A stretch of 64,000 bases of DNA from Escherichia phage vB_EcoM_PhAPEC2. The position numbers and the translations under genes were made by a program. The DNA lies in the sequence record NC_024794.1, one strand, 5' to 3'. The notes beneath the pieces were generated by a model, which saw only the letters and a program-made list of their open reading frames with translations, searched no databases and was not told where the DNA came from. Of the stretch, positions 9,911 to 18,917 are shown piece by piece. Within the stretch, counting starts at the first letter, position 1. Every line of letters begins with the position of its first letter.

Positions 9911-10111
9911 TTATCCGAACTTTTTAGCGCCTTTCCAGCCTTCGTACATAACTGCACAAGTCAGTAGTACAGCGTGCTGGCATTCTTTGTATTTGTAAAT
10001 CCAGAACCAGCGTAAGAAGTCTTCGTCCTCAACACCGTTGAGTTTCATGTTCGCGAAGAATTCAGCTCGTTCTTCGCGAAGTTTTTGAGATAACATAGAT
10101 TCAGGATTCAT
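9911..10111 (-). CDS. Hypothetical protein
   Basis: 66-aa ORF, ATG verified at 10111. Confidence 0.45.
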   Translation of the reverse strand: MNPESMLSQKLREERAEFFANMKLNGVEDEDFLRWFWIYKYKECQHAVLLTCAVMYEGWKGAKKFG

Positions 10112-10242
10112 TTTATATTCCAGACCCCATTTTCATCGATGAACTTAATCCAGTCATTTACAGACCATTTAGTTGTATCACCCTTTGGATTAACATTTAA
10201 AGTATATAATCCCTGCTTAAAAAGCATTCGTTTGATATTCAT
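10108..10242 (-). CDS. Hypothetical small protein (44 aa)
   Basis: ATG 10242 with SD GAGGAAATT; ATGA-coupled to downstream ORF. Confidence 0.35.
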   Translation of the reverse strand: MNIKRMLFKQGLYTLNVNPKGDTTKWSVNDWIKFIDENGVWNIK

Positions 10243-10249
10243 AATTTCC

Positions 10250-10543
10250 TCAACTGTAACGATAACATTCGTTAGCTTTACGTTTGGCTTCAGTATGAGA
10301 AGTATTATAATCATACTCTTCTTTACTGTAAACATCCTTTTTCAACTTACGAACTTCTTTGCGGAGTTGTCGATTCATTTCATTCTTGACTTCAGAATCA
10401 ACGCCTTTCGTACGTTTCCATTTATCTGAGCGGAAAATGTTTTCAACCATGTCTTTGTGGCTAACACCGTCAGGAGCTTTACGCTTACCAAAATAGTCGT
10501 AATCACGAACTTTCAAATCTTTACGACGATATGTTTTACCCAT
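10250..10543 (-). CDS. Hypothetical highly basic protein
   Basis: 97 aa from ATG 10543 (MGKTYRRKDLKVRDYDYFGKRK...), K/R-rich. Confidence 0.45.
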   Translation of the reverse strand: MGKTYRRKDLKVRDYDYFGKRKAPDGVSHKDMVENIFRSDKWKRTKGVDSEVKNEMNRQLRKEVRKLKKDVYSKEEYDYNTSHTEAKRKANECYRYS

Positions 10544-10550
10544 AAGTACC

Positions 10551-10799
10551 TCAGAGGTTGATTGATACAACACGTTTGATAAAATTCACTTCACTTACTG
10601 AAAGGTCTTTAAGACCGATTGATTCTAAACGCTGAGTAAGCGTCAACATCGGGATATAATCCCATTGGGTTTTATTTGCTTGATAAGTACGAACGCCATT
10701 AGCAATTTCAACATGCAAATCGGAAATGGTAACGAATACCGGTCGCTCGTCATTAACTTTAAGGGTTAGAACAACTTTCTTTGAATCTAAACTAATCAT
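10551..10799 (-). CDS. Hypothetical protein
   Basis: 82-aa ORF, ATG verified 10799, ATGA-coupled. Confidence 0.5.
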   Translation of the reverse strand: MISLDSKKVVLTLKVNDERPVFVTISDLHVEIANGVRTYQANKTQWDYIPMLTLTQRLESIGLKDLSVSEVNFIKRVVSINL

Positions 10800-10978
10800 G
10801 GCTTAATTTCCTTCGCAATTGAACAGAAGATACCACGGTCACAAAGCATTTCGCCAATTTCTGGATATTTGATTGAACGGTACCAAACATCCAGGCTTGA
10901 AACTCTGGTTATCTGTACTGCATTACCGTTGACAGAATAGTACTGGTCAACCTTAATTTCTTTATCTTCAATTGTCAT
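10796..10978 (-). CDS. Hypothetical protein
   Basis: 60 aa from ATG 10978 (MTIEDKEIKVDQYYSVNG..., SD GAGGAAAA). Confidence 0.45.
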   Translation of the reverse strand: MTIEDKEIKVDQYYSVNGNAVQITRVSSLDVWYRSIKYPEIGEMLCDRGIFCSIAKEIKP

Positions 10979-11143
10979 TTTATTTTCCTCTATAGTAGAT
11001 GGTTTAATCTTAACACATCTATTGAGGATGTAAACTGTTTTATGAAAATATTTTCGATTTGAGAGGGGCACAAGGAGATAGTGAAGTGAAGATTCCAATG
11101 GATTATATTAGAAATGAGATAAAGAAGACCAGGCGGCACCTGG

Positions 11144-11437
11144 TCAATCTTCTATGATATCAGAGTCATATCCTAATGAAATCAAGGACTTTTTAAACTC
11201 TGCAATATTCTTTTGTTTCTTATCATTTAAAAATATGACAGGATAACGAATATTAAGTGAAGTGAATCCTGCACGTTTAGCAAGAGATACGATTAAAGGA
11301 CGGTCATATTCAATCTTACCATTATTAGTGAGGACTTTATAAAATGTATAAGGAGCATTGAGCTCCTTTAAAAGTTTTGTAACAGTATAACATCCTGGAC
11401 AACGTCCAACTTCTTCAGGGATGCCATAGATTTCAAT
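11144..11437 (-). CDS. Glutaredoxin/thioredoxin-like protein (CPGC motif); start codon unresolved
   Basis: Frame encodes ...IEIYGIPEEVGRCPGCYTVTKLLKEL... but has no in-frame ATG after the stop of the upstream ORF; possible ATT start, coupling or frameshift. Confidence 0.45.
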   Translation of the reverse strand: MEIYGIPEEVGRCPGCYTVTKLLKELNAPYTFYKVLTNNGKIEYDRPLIVSLAKRAGFTSLNIRYPVIFLNDKKQKNIAEFKKSLISLGYDSDIIED

Positions 11438-11750
11438 CTTGTTCTTTAAGTTCGAGTTTTGTTCCACGAGAAATAATTCCTTGGTAAGCCCAATAAGGAG
11501 GATTAACAGAATCCTCACCAGAGTTTTCTTCAGGAAAATAAACCTGGATAACGAAGCCGGATTCATCAAAGGTAAAATAAACCGTAGGCAGTTCACCTAA
11601 CAAATCGGCACGAGCGTTGATTTCTTCGAGGTCTTGTTCACGTCCAGCCCAGAAGCTTGGGTTCAGACTACATTCATAGAAATAATAGTCATTACCGAAC
11701 ATATCAAAACCATTCCAACTCTCTACTACATACCGCTCAAAACTAATCAT
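11433..11750 (-). CDS. Hypothetical acidic protein
   Basis: 105-aa ORF, ATG verified at 11750. Confidence 0.5.
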   Translation of the reverse strand: MISFERYVVESWNGFDMFGNDYYFYECSLNPSFWAGREQDLEEINARADLLGELPTVYFTFDESGFVIQVYFPEENSGEDSVNPPYWAYQGIISRGTKLELKEQD

Positions 11751-11752
11751 AA

Positions 11753-11968
11753 TTAAGCCTTTTTATCAAGAACAGAATTCAGTTTATTAGTAATTTTGTC
11801 CAAACGTTCATTGAATTCGCTGGAGGATAAACCCTTTTCTGGAGAAATTAAACTAATCACGAAAAATACACCAGTAAAAGGAATAAGAAAAATAGCTCCA
11901 ACTGCCATAAACAAAAAGAACGTTACAGTTGTAAGAAAATCAGCTAAACCTTTACGAAATTTGTACAT
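11753..11968 (-). CDS. Hypothetical small membrane protein
   Basis: 71 aa with central hydrophobic segment (FFLFMAVGAIFLIPFTGVFFVISLI). Confidence 0.5.
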   Translation of the reverse strand: MYKFRKGLADFLTTVTFFLFMAVGAIFLIPFTGVFFVISLISPEKGLSSSEFNERLDKITNKLNSVLDKKA

Positions 11969-12078
11969 ATTTACCCTTAATTAACTAAGCATTGATAATC
12001 ATTAAACTATATTGCGAATAAAATTCTGGACCAAAACGAAAAATCATATCATTTATAGTATCCATAATGTAATTCAAT

Positions 12079-12549
12079 TTAATCATGTTTCCACACCCCA
12101 TCGGTATTTGACCAAAGTCGCTGATTATCTGATCCTCGCCACAGTTTTTTGGTCGGAAGATTTTTCTCATACTTCCCATCAATAATAACATCAACATATT
12201 TAAGCATTTCTAGTTGTTTAATATCTTCAAACTTATATCCTGTCCACAACCAAATGCTTTTATTGGGATAAAGATTTTTTACTGTTTGAGCAATGCAATG
12301 AATAACATCTCGGTTATCAGGATAGAGAGGGTCACCTCCGGTTATAGTTAATCCTTCTATATAATCATTATTCAAACATTCAATTAATTGTTCTAGTGTT
12401 TCACCAGTGAATGGAGCACCATTTCTAGCATTCCATGTTGATTTATTATAACACCCTTCGCATTTATGCAAACAACCTGTAACGAAAAGAACGACCCTGC
12501 AACCAGGGCCATTCACAAAATCGCAAGGGTAAAATCTATCATAATTCAT
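12079..12549 (-). CDS. nrdG: Anaerobic ribonucleotide reductase activating protein NrdG (radical SAM)
   Basis: 156 aa; CxxxCxxC cluster motif (CLHKCEGC); coupled to nrdD. Confidence 0.9.
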   Translation of the reverse strand: MNYDRFYPCDFVNGPGCRVVLFVTGCLHKCEGCYNKSTWNARNGAPFTGETLEQLIECLNNDYIEGLTITGGDPLYPDNRDVIHCIAQTVKNLYPNKSIWLWTGYKFEDIKQLEMLKYVDVIIDGKYEKNLPTKKLWRGSDNQRLWSNTDGVWKHD

Positions 12550-14363
12550 TGGTGTTTAACCCTATGCATGATTTCTTTATTTTTACCGAGATTAAATCCG
12601 CGTTCGTTCGGATTTCCAAGATAACCGCATGTTCTTCTTATGGTGTTCATCTTTTTAGGATCAGTTTCTCCACAAACTGAACAAACAAATCCGTTTTCAG
12701 TAGGAGTCATTTCATGGGTACTTCCACATGTAAAACATTTATCTACTGGCATATTAACACCAAAATAATCTAAATGTTGTGCAGCATAATCCCACACGGC
12801 CTCAAGACCTTTTAAATTGTTTTTCATGTCAGGTAATTCAACATAAGAAATGTGACCACCTGTCGCAATGAAATGATATGGCGCTTCACGAGAAATCTTT
12901 TCAAACGGAGTAATATTTTCTTCTACTGAAACATGGAAACTGTTAGTGTACCAGCCTTTATCGGTAACATCTTTTACGCTTCCATATTTTTCTGTGTCGA
13001 GTTTACAGAAACGATAACACAAGTTTTCAGCAGGAGTAGAATATAAACTAAAAGCAAATCCAGTTCTTTCGGTCCACTGTTTAAGATGAGCATTCATTTT
13101 AGTTAAAATTTCTTGTCCAATATCACGGCCAACAAGAATATTCAATTCGTGAATACCAATGTATCCTAGGGACACTGAACTTCTACCGTTTTTAAATAAC
13201 TCAATTATATCGTCATCAGGTTTAAGACGAACCCCGAATGCACCTTCTTGGTAAAGAATAGGAGCAACAGTAGCTTTAACACCCTTTAAAGAACTAATTC
13301 TACACATCAAGGCTTCAAAACACAGATCCATTCGTTCATTAAATAGCTCAACAAATTTCTGTTCATTGAACTGTGTTCCAATATAAGAATCTAATGCGAT
13401 ACGAGGAAGATTCAGTGTTACAACGCCAAGATTATTACGACCGTCAAGAATTTCATTTCCAGTTGAATCTTTCCATACGCTCAAGAAACTACGACAACCC
13501 ATTGGAGAAACAGGAACAGATGAACCAGTGATAGCTTTATTATTCTTAACCGAAATAATGTCAGGATACATTCTTTTGCTTGCACATTCTAATGCAAGTT
13601 GTTTAATATCATAGTTCGGATCATCTTTATAAAGATTAACACCTTCTTCAACAAACATAACAAGTTTAGGAAAAATAGGAGTTATTCCATCACGACCAAG
13701 ACCTTTAATGCGGTTTTTAAGAATTGCCTTCTGAATCATTCGTTCAGTCCAGTCAGTTCCTGTACCAAATGTAATTGTCACAAAAGGCGTTTGTCCGTTT
13801 GAACTAAAGAGAGTATTTACTTCATACTCATAAGCTTGAAATGCGTCATAGACATCTTTTTCTGTTTTGGATTGAGCATAATTCAACGCATCAGCGATTT
13901 GCCATTTTTCTGCATCCTCAATATGTTTTGCATAGGTGCGTTTAACATAAGGAGAAAGAACTTTATCGACATTCGCAAATGTAGTTCCGCCATACTGGTG
14001 AGAAGCAACTTGTGCAGTAATTTGTGCCATAATTGCAGTAGCAACACCAATCGATTTAGGCGTTTCAATTTGAGCATTGCCTAATTTAAATCCATTCTCA
14101 AGCATCCCCTTTAAATCGACTAAACAACAATTGGTAAACGGAAGAGCAGGAGAATAATCAATATCATGCATGTGAATGATTCCGCTTTCATGCGCATGCA
14201 TAATAAAAGACGGGACCATATTTTTGGCAATGTGCTTAGACACAATACCAGCCATAAGGTCCCGTTGAGTTGGAAAAACACGAGAATCTTTATTAGCATT
14301 CTCGTTCAAAAGATCTTTATTAGTTTTATAAATTAATCCTTCAATTTCTTTTTCAATTTTCAT
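12546..14363 (-). CDS. nrdD: Anaerobic ribonucleoside-triphosphate reductase NrdD, uninterrupted
   Basis: 605 aa; C-terminal glycyl-radical motif RRTCGYLG and Zn-ribbon CFTCG...CSVCG; contiguous ORF, no intron. Confidence 0.93.
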   Translation of the reverse strand: MKIEKEIEGLIYKTNKDLLNENANKDSRVFPTQRDLMAGIVSKHIAKNMVPSFIMHAHESGIIHMHDIDYSPALPFTNCCLVDLKGMLENGFKLGNAQIETPKSIGVATAIMAQITAQVASHQYGGTTFANVDKVLSPYVKRTYAKHIEDAEKWQIADALNYAQSKTEKDVYDAFQAYEYEVNTLFSSNGQTPFVTITFGTGTDWTERMIQKAILKNRIKGLGRDGITPIFPKLVMFVEEGVNLYKDDPNYDIKQLALECASKRMYPDIISVKNNKAITGSSVPVSPMGCRSFLSVWKDSTGNEILDGRNNLGVVTLNLPRIALDSYIGTQFNEQKFVELFNERMDLCFEALMCRISSLKGVKATVAPILYQEGAFGVRLKPDDDIIELFKNGRSSVSLGYIGIHELNILVGRDIGQEILTKMNAHLKQWTERTGFAFSLYSTPAENLCYRFCKLDTEKYGSVKDVTDKGWYTNSFHVSVEENITPFEKISREAPYHFIATGGHISYVELPDMKNNLKGLEAVWDYAAQHLDYFGVNMPVDKCFTCGSTHEMTPTENGFVCSVCGETDPKKMNTIRRTCGYLGNPNERGFNLGKNKEIMHRVKHQ

Positions 14364-14833
14364 TTTAAACTCTTTCTAAGCTGCTTTTTGAATGAAGCTA
14401 TTAATTGTGTTTTAGTGTCAGATTCATTATATTTAAATCCTCTTTGAAGCATCTCAGTCATCATTTCCTCTTTACCTAGTCTTGAGAACTCTTTAGTTTT
14501 GTCTGGAACAAAATTAGGATGGATATTATTATCAGAATAATCTTGTTTCAAATAAGCAAGAAGAGCTTCAAGCCATTCTAGGTAGTCGACATCACGGCCT
14601 TTAAGACCAGAACGGTTGAACTTATGCTTCATTTGGCCTTCTGCTGCGTTGCACAGATTACAGAGTAATCCACGAACTCTACCTGCTTTTGGCCCGTTTA
14701 ATTCGTGGTCGTGGTCAAGATGGTTACCTTGAACATCAGGGTCTAATTCACGGTGGCAAATAGGACACTTACCGTTCTGTGCATCATAAAATTTTTGTTT
14801 TTCTTCTTTATATTTTGAGCCTGATAATAACAT
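14360..14833 (-). CDS. 49: Endonuclease VII (Holliday junction resolvase) gp49
   Basis: 157 aa; ...GKCPICHRELDPDVQGNHLDHDHELNGPKAGRVRGLLCNLCNAAEG... as in T4 endo VII. Confidence 0.92.
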   Translation of the reverse strand: MLLSGSKYKEEKQKFYDAQNGKCPICHRELDPDVQGNHLDHDHELNGPKAGRVRGLLCNLCNAAEGQMKHKFNRSGLKGRDVDYLEWLEALLAYLKQDYSDNNIHPNFVPDKTKEFSRLGKEEMMTEMLQRGFKYNESDTKTQLIASFKKQLRKSLK

Positions 14834-14838
14834 GATAA

Positions 14839-14871
14839 ACCCTTACCTTAAATAGATAAGGGTATTTATTA
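14839..14871 (-). promoter_or_regulatory. Gene 49 regulatory hairpin sequestering the SD, with late-promoter-like AATAAATA just upstream
   Basis: Minus ACCCTTA-(11 nt)-TAAGGGT stem covering the AAGGG SD; AATAAATA (7/8 to TATAAATA) at 14864-14871; T4 gene 49 is known to use this early-hairpin/late-promoter arrangement. Confidence 0.4.
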
Positions 14872-15282
14872 ACTTAAACGTCTTTCTAAATATTCAATGT
14901 ATTCTGCGGCTGCTTGCATCAGGTTACCTTCATAGCCGTCGTTATTTTCTTGTCCGGCTAATTTAGCTAATGCATAAGAAATTCGTTCACCTTCGAATTC
15001 ACCAAGTCCACCATCACAAACTACTTGGTCAATTTCTTCGAGTTCATCTATTGAATGGGATTCCCAGAAGCACCAAAGAGAAGTATCACGGTCATAGATG
15101 CAAAGTTTCTCACCTGTGTTCAACATCACTTCGATAATGCCATGGCCGCCATAACCATCTTCAGTAGTAGTACCAATTACCTTGATGATCGTATCTTTCT
15201 TTAATTCAGGAAACTTGAATTGTAGTTCTTCATCTTCTTTAACAATCTTGAACCATTTACCGCGAGTTTCAGAAATATTCAT
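14869..15282 (-). CDS. Hypothetical protein (T4 pin/49.x position)
   Basis: 138 aa from ATG 15282 (MNISETRGKWFKIVKEDEELQ...). Confidence 0.45.
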   Translation of the reverse strand: MNISETRGKWFKIVKEDEELQFKFPELKKDTIIKVIGTTTEDGYGGHGIIEVMLNTGEKLCIYDRDTSLWCFWESHSIDELEEIDQVVCDGGLGEFEGERISYALAKLAGQENNDGYEGNLMQAAAEYIEYLERRLS

Positions 15283-15283
15283 A

Positions 15284-15454
15284 TCAATATTCTCTATAAA
15301 AGTTACGATGAGAACGTTTAGCTTTGCGAAGCTGTCGTTTAGTAGGACGAACTGTAAATGGTTGTCCGGAGAAAAAATTCGGATCGGTTTTAATAAGCAA
15401 ATACCAATCATGTTTGCCGTTTTTTAATAAACGGTACAATAATTTAACTTGCAT
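15284..15454 (-). CDS. Hypothetical small basic protein
   Basis: 56 aa from ATG 15454 (MQVKLLYRLLKNGKHDWYLL...). Confidence 0.35.
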   Translation of the reverse strand: MQVKLLYRLLKNGKHDWYLLIKTDPNFFSGQPFTVRPTKRQLRKAKRSHRNFYREY

Positions 15455-15503
15455 AATAATCTCTTCCCATTTCCATATCAATTAATTCATTTATTGAAGG
15501 TTC

Positions 15504-15533
15504 ATCATAACATGGTTCTTCGTCGTTGTAAAC
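15504..15533 (-). promoter_or_regulatory. Candidate early promoter TTTACA-N17-TATGAT
   Basis: Minus GTTTACAACGACGAAGAACCATGTTATGAT. Confidence 0.35.
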
Positions 15534-15582
15534 TGTTTCGACGTCTGGCTCGACAGTCTCCCATCGAGCAGAATACCACGGT

Positions 15583-15918
15583 TTAACCCCGGAGTTTATT
15601 GAGCTCTTCATAATCAATCCAGGATTCTAGCCCTGACGGCAGGTCACATTCAATGTTCCACAGAAGCTCTTCAATGGCTTGCAGGCGATTATATTCTTCA
15701 ACAGTAATAGTAACCATTGTTTCAGGCTTTTTAACCATCATGTCATTCATCAGAATGTACAGGTCTTCACAAACAGCCGGGTCGTCCCATGTCCATATTT
15801 CAGCATCTCGAACCAATGAAGTCGGAATCGAATTTAAAACTTCAAGCTTAGTAGGAGCGTCAGGACCGAGAAGAGTTGCTACAAATTTATATGCTTTGGT
15901 GAAATCAATATTGTTCAT
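15583..15918 (-). CDS. Hypothetical acidic protein
   Basis: 111-aa ORF, ATG verified at 15918. Confidence 0.5.
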   Translation of the reverse strand: MNNIDFTKAYKFVATLLGPDAPTKLEVLNSIPTSLVRDAEIWTWDDPAVCEDLYILMNDMMVKKPETMVTITVEEYNRLQAIEELLWNIECDLPSGLESWIDYEELNKLRG

Positions 15919-16178
15919 TTAAAATATTCTCGCAGTTGGTCAAATCCACCAATGTGACTTCCGTCAGGAGCAAACACTTGAGGCATAGTCAATCCGACTT
16001 GTGATTCACGTCCAAGCTTAACCAGAAGCTCAGCAATTTTCTCATCATCAAACACACCTTTTTCTGGCATAACATTAATGAATTCAAATGGCTGTTTCTT
16101 AACAGTCAGCAATCGTTTTGCATTATCACAATAAATGCATTTATGAATAGTAGAGTCATACCCGTACACTTTAAACAT
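15915..16178 (-). CDS. nrdC: Thioredoxin/glutaredoxin NrdC
   Basis: 87 aa; MFKVYGYDSTIHKCIYCDNAKRLL... with CxYC redox motif, near-identical to T4 NrdC as recalled. Confidence 0.9.
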   Translation of the reverse strand: MFKVYGYDSTIHKCIYCDNAKRLLTVKKQPFEFINVMPEKGVFDDEKIAELLVKLGRESQVGLTMPQVFAPDGSHIGGFDQLREYFK

Positions 16179-16585
16179 TATTTTTTCCTTTCATCGATTA
16201 AATACGCAACACCAAATACAATACATGTAATAAAACCTGTGATACCGATAGAGAACATCAACACTGTACCAAAGAACCAAATCAGATTATCTTTAGTAGT
16301 TTGTTTGATATCCATCTCACGAATTTCTATAGCTATCGTATCACCTTTATTCAGAAGCGTATAAAACGACGGTGATACATGCCTGTCAAAAACTCGACCT
16401 TGTTCATCTTTATAAACTGCAATAAATTCCAATTTAGAATATTTTCCTGTAGATTGGCCTGAGATTAATTCTACTACCTCCACAGGAATTACTTTAGTTT
16501 CCATGTAAGTATTCTGGCTGTTCCAAATGAATGGAATAATGGCAAAAACTAAAGCTGCGATAAAACAACGAAGGCTATATCTCAT
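16178..16585 (-). CDS. Hypothetical membrane protein
   Basis: 135 aa with N- and C-terminal hydrophobic segments. Confidence 0.5.
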   Translation of the reverse strand: MRYSLRCFIAALVFAIIPFIWNSQNTYMETKVIPVEVVELISGQSTGKYSKLEFIAVYKDEQGRVFDRHVSPSFYTLLNKGDTIAIEIREMDIKQTTKDNLIWFFGTVLMFSIGITGFITCIVFGVAYLIDERKK

Positions 16586-16890
16586 TATAATGTTCTCTCA
16601 AATTTGTGGAAGCATTTACGGCATTTCAATTTCAAGTTATCAGTGGTCCAGTTAACCAGTTGGACTTGGATAGTTCCACATTCCGGGCATGGATGTTTTG
16701 CTGCCGATTTGGCAGCATTTTCACGTCGTTCAACCATTTTCATTATTTCGTTCCATGCCGGAGGAACGAACTCTTCTTCACCGTGGATTTTATCTCGCTG
16801 AACAAATTCAATCTTTGAACTATCGTCAATAAACTTAACCAAGCCATGACTAGTGCTCATATCAATATCCTCTAAAAGACGTAGTTTCAT
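16585..16890 (-). CDS. Hypothetical zinc-ribbon protein
   Basis: 101 aa with CPEC...CRKC pair. Confidence 0.5.
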   Translation of the reverse strand: MKLRLLEDIDMSTSHGLVKFIDDSSKIEFVQRDKIHGEEEFVPPAWNEIMKMVERRENAAKSAAKHPCPECGTIQVQLVNWTTDNLKLKCRKCFHKFERTL

Positions 16891-17840
16891 TATAACACCT
16901 CAATGGCATTTCGTAAACCGTCCGCTTTCGCATTCAGAGCTTTTAACGATTTAGTTTGTTCTTTAATCTGGGCTTCGACTTCTTTCAGACGAGATTTGAG
17001 GTACTCACGTTCTTCGCTCAAGTTGTCAACTTTTTCTACTTTAGGTTCTTTAATAGTCTTAAGTTTATACTCGTTAGGGTTCTTCAGCTTAATTCGGGTA
17101 CGAGAACTGAATAACATTGAACCGTTATCTTCGGATTCGTCGAACGTTTCAACAACATCCATAGTCTCTAACAATGTAATAAGTTTATAAGACAACGAAC
17201 GAATAGTTTTGTTGTGCTTATTAATTTCTTCGGCTTTCATAGTACCGAGATTACGTGAGTAGTAATAAGGAACCTGGATATCAATTGACAATGATGCGTT
17301 ACCATTACCAGTTGGTTTGAATACTGCAGTAACCCAATCTTTAACATGAACTTTATTTGTACGGCCATCACCGCCAGTGAATAATTTACGAGAATGTTTA
17401 AAAAGCATATTCACTTGTTTATTGAATTCACAAGCAAATTTATCAGCAAATTTAGTTTCAGGAATGGTAGATAACCAATCAGCCAAATGAGTCTTTTTAA
17501 CATCATTAACAATAGTGAATTCAACCAAATCGGTTTTAGATGTCACAGATTTAATAAAGCTCGGTTTCATAAAGTTTTTAATGTTATCGCGAGCTACAGT
17601 AGAAGATAATAAACGAGAACGTTTGAACCATTGAAGCAGCGTCCCTAGTGAATGAGAATATGCATTTTGAGTATCTTTACAGATATGATTTTCTTGGCCT
17701 GTGTATGTACCAAAATCGCGAAGAATACCACTTACTACATCTCGGTGTGGAACATCAAATCCTAGTGCACCAACAGCGCGCTGGGCACGAACGTTAGCGA
17801 TAAGACCGGCAAAGTATTCAATGTAATGTGAACGTGTCAT
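16890..17840 (-). CDS. Hypothetical protein (316 aa) with C-terminal coiled-coil-like tail
   Basis: Long ORF, first gene after the early promoter at 17869-17897; SD AGAGGAAAA. Confidence 0.6.
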   Translation of the reverse strand: MTRSHYIEYFAGLIANVRAQRAVGALGFDVPHRDVVSGILRDFGTYTGQENHICKDTQNAYSHSLGTLLQWFKRSRLLSSTVARDNIKNFMKPSFIKSVTSKTDLVEFTIVNDVKKTHLADWLSTIPETKFADKFACEFNKQVNMLFKHSRKLFTGGDGRTNKVHVKDWVTAVFKPTGNGNASLSIDIQVPYYYSRNLGTMKAEEINKHNKTIRSLSYKLITLLETMDVVETFDESEDNGSMLFSSRTRIKLKNPNEYKLKTIKEPKVEKVDNLSEEREYLKSRLKEVEAQIKEQTKSLKALNAKADGLRNAIEVL

Positions 17841-17868
17841 AATATTTTCCTCTCGTTAAGATAGATTC

Positions 17869-17897
17869 ATTATACTCCAACCATCCTTGGTTGTAAA
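17869..17897 (-). promoter_or_regulatory. T4-type early promoter TTTACA-N17-TATAAT
   Basis: Minus GGTTTACAACCAAGGATGGTTGGAGTATAAT; 25-bp core identical to the promoter at 18889-18917. Confidence 0.6.
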
Positions 17898-17902
17898 CCG
17901 TT

Positions 17903-18862
17903 TTATGATTTTAATGCATTCATTGCGTTAAAAAGTTTAGAATACTGCAACTGGAGATTCGTTACAACACTTTGAGCATCACGAAGCTTAGCTTGTGCTT
18001 TGTCAAGTTCAACGGACAGTTGGTCTACAGTAGCCTTGATTTGGTTGTAATGATAATCTTCGGCCGGAAGAAGGTCATTAGAAACATTTAGTTTTACTGC
18101 CGACAGTTTGCACACATTTGGCAAACATTTAAACATATCGGGTTGTGCCGGAGAATATGCGCTTAGAACCTCTGCATTACCGACTGGTGTTGCTGTGATA
18201 TTGCCTTCGAACGTTGCATTTTCCTTTTTAAGATTTTGATAGTATTCAGAGTCTTTGTGCCACCATGGCGCAGGAACCTTTTTACCAATAGATACACGAG
18301 CCTGGATAGCGATATGGCCCTTATTCTTGATAATGTCGATAATATTAAGCTCACGAGAATAAATCGCTTTAATCTGGTGGATATTATCACCTAAAACTTC
18401 CAACGCTTGGTGGAATACACGAGCAACGTTATCATTCTTAGGTTTATACGTGAGAGTGAACTCGTTCTCACTGATAACCATGATTTCCAACTTATCGTAA
18501 GTATATTTCAAATGTTTCATGTTAATTGCTTGAGGACGAATACGAGAAGCAATGGCCATCAAATTGTTAAGGTTATTTCTGAACTGTTTAGCAAAATATT
18601 GTCCATAACCGCCAATACAAAAATTACGAAGTTTCTGTTTGGCTAATAAACGGCTGAACTCACCATTTTTAATGAACTCTTTAACGGGTGTGTTAGTAAC
18701 GCATTCAAATTGAGTAAACTTACGAGAAGTAATCCCGTAATATGAACAGATTTCCTCAATCTCTTCAGGAGTCTTTACAGGCATACGGATAGGATTAGGT
18801 CCTGTGGTATATGCGTTCGAGGTAAATTCTTTGATAAGTTCTCTACGTGTAATAGAAGCCAT
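17903..18862 (-). CDS. Hypothetical protein (319 aa) with C-terminal coiled-coil-like tail
   Basis: Long ORF, first gene after the early promoter at 18889-18917. Confidence 0.6.
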   Translation of the reverse strand: MASITRRELIKEFTSNAYTTGPNPIRMPVKTPEEIEEICSYYGITSRKFTQFECVTNTPVKEFIKNGEFSRLLAKQKLRNFCIGGYGQYFAKQFRNNLNNLMAIASRIRPQAINMKHLKYTYDKLEIMVISENEFTLTYKPKNDNVARVFHQALEVLGDNIHQIKAIYSRELNIIDIIKNKGHIAIQARVSIGKKVPAPWWHKDSEYYQNLKKENATFEGNITATPVGNAEVLSAYSPAQPDMFKCLPNVCKLSAVKLNVSNDLLPAEDYHYNQIKATVDQLSVELDKAQAKLRDAQSVVTNLQLQYSKLFNAMNALKS

Positions 18863-18888
18863 TTTATATTCCTCATGTTGAAAAATTT

Positions 18889-18917
18889 ATTATACTCCAA
18901 CCATCCTTGGTTGTACA
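18889..18917 (-). promoter_or_regulatory. T4-type early promoter TGTACA-N17-TATAAT
   Basis: Minus TGTACAACCAAGGATGGTTGGAGTATAAT. Confidence 0.55.

Noticed and set aside
10990-11035. PeSL-like element upstream of gene 10796..10978
   Set aside because: GTTTAC is about 31 nt from the TACTAT element and the -10-like sequence abuts the SD, so it is unlikely to work as a promoter; probably a degenerate cassette
11985-12197. 70-aa minus ORF overlapping the nrdG 3' end
   Set aside because: Mostly an alternative frame of nrdG; only a 33-aa tail (11985..12086) is independent and has no SD, so it is not called
12546-14363. Possible group I intron in nrdD
   Set aside because: Reading frame is continuous over 605 codons with the glycyl-radical motif in frame; no intron present
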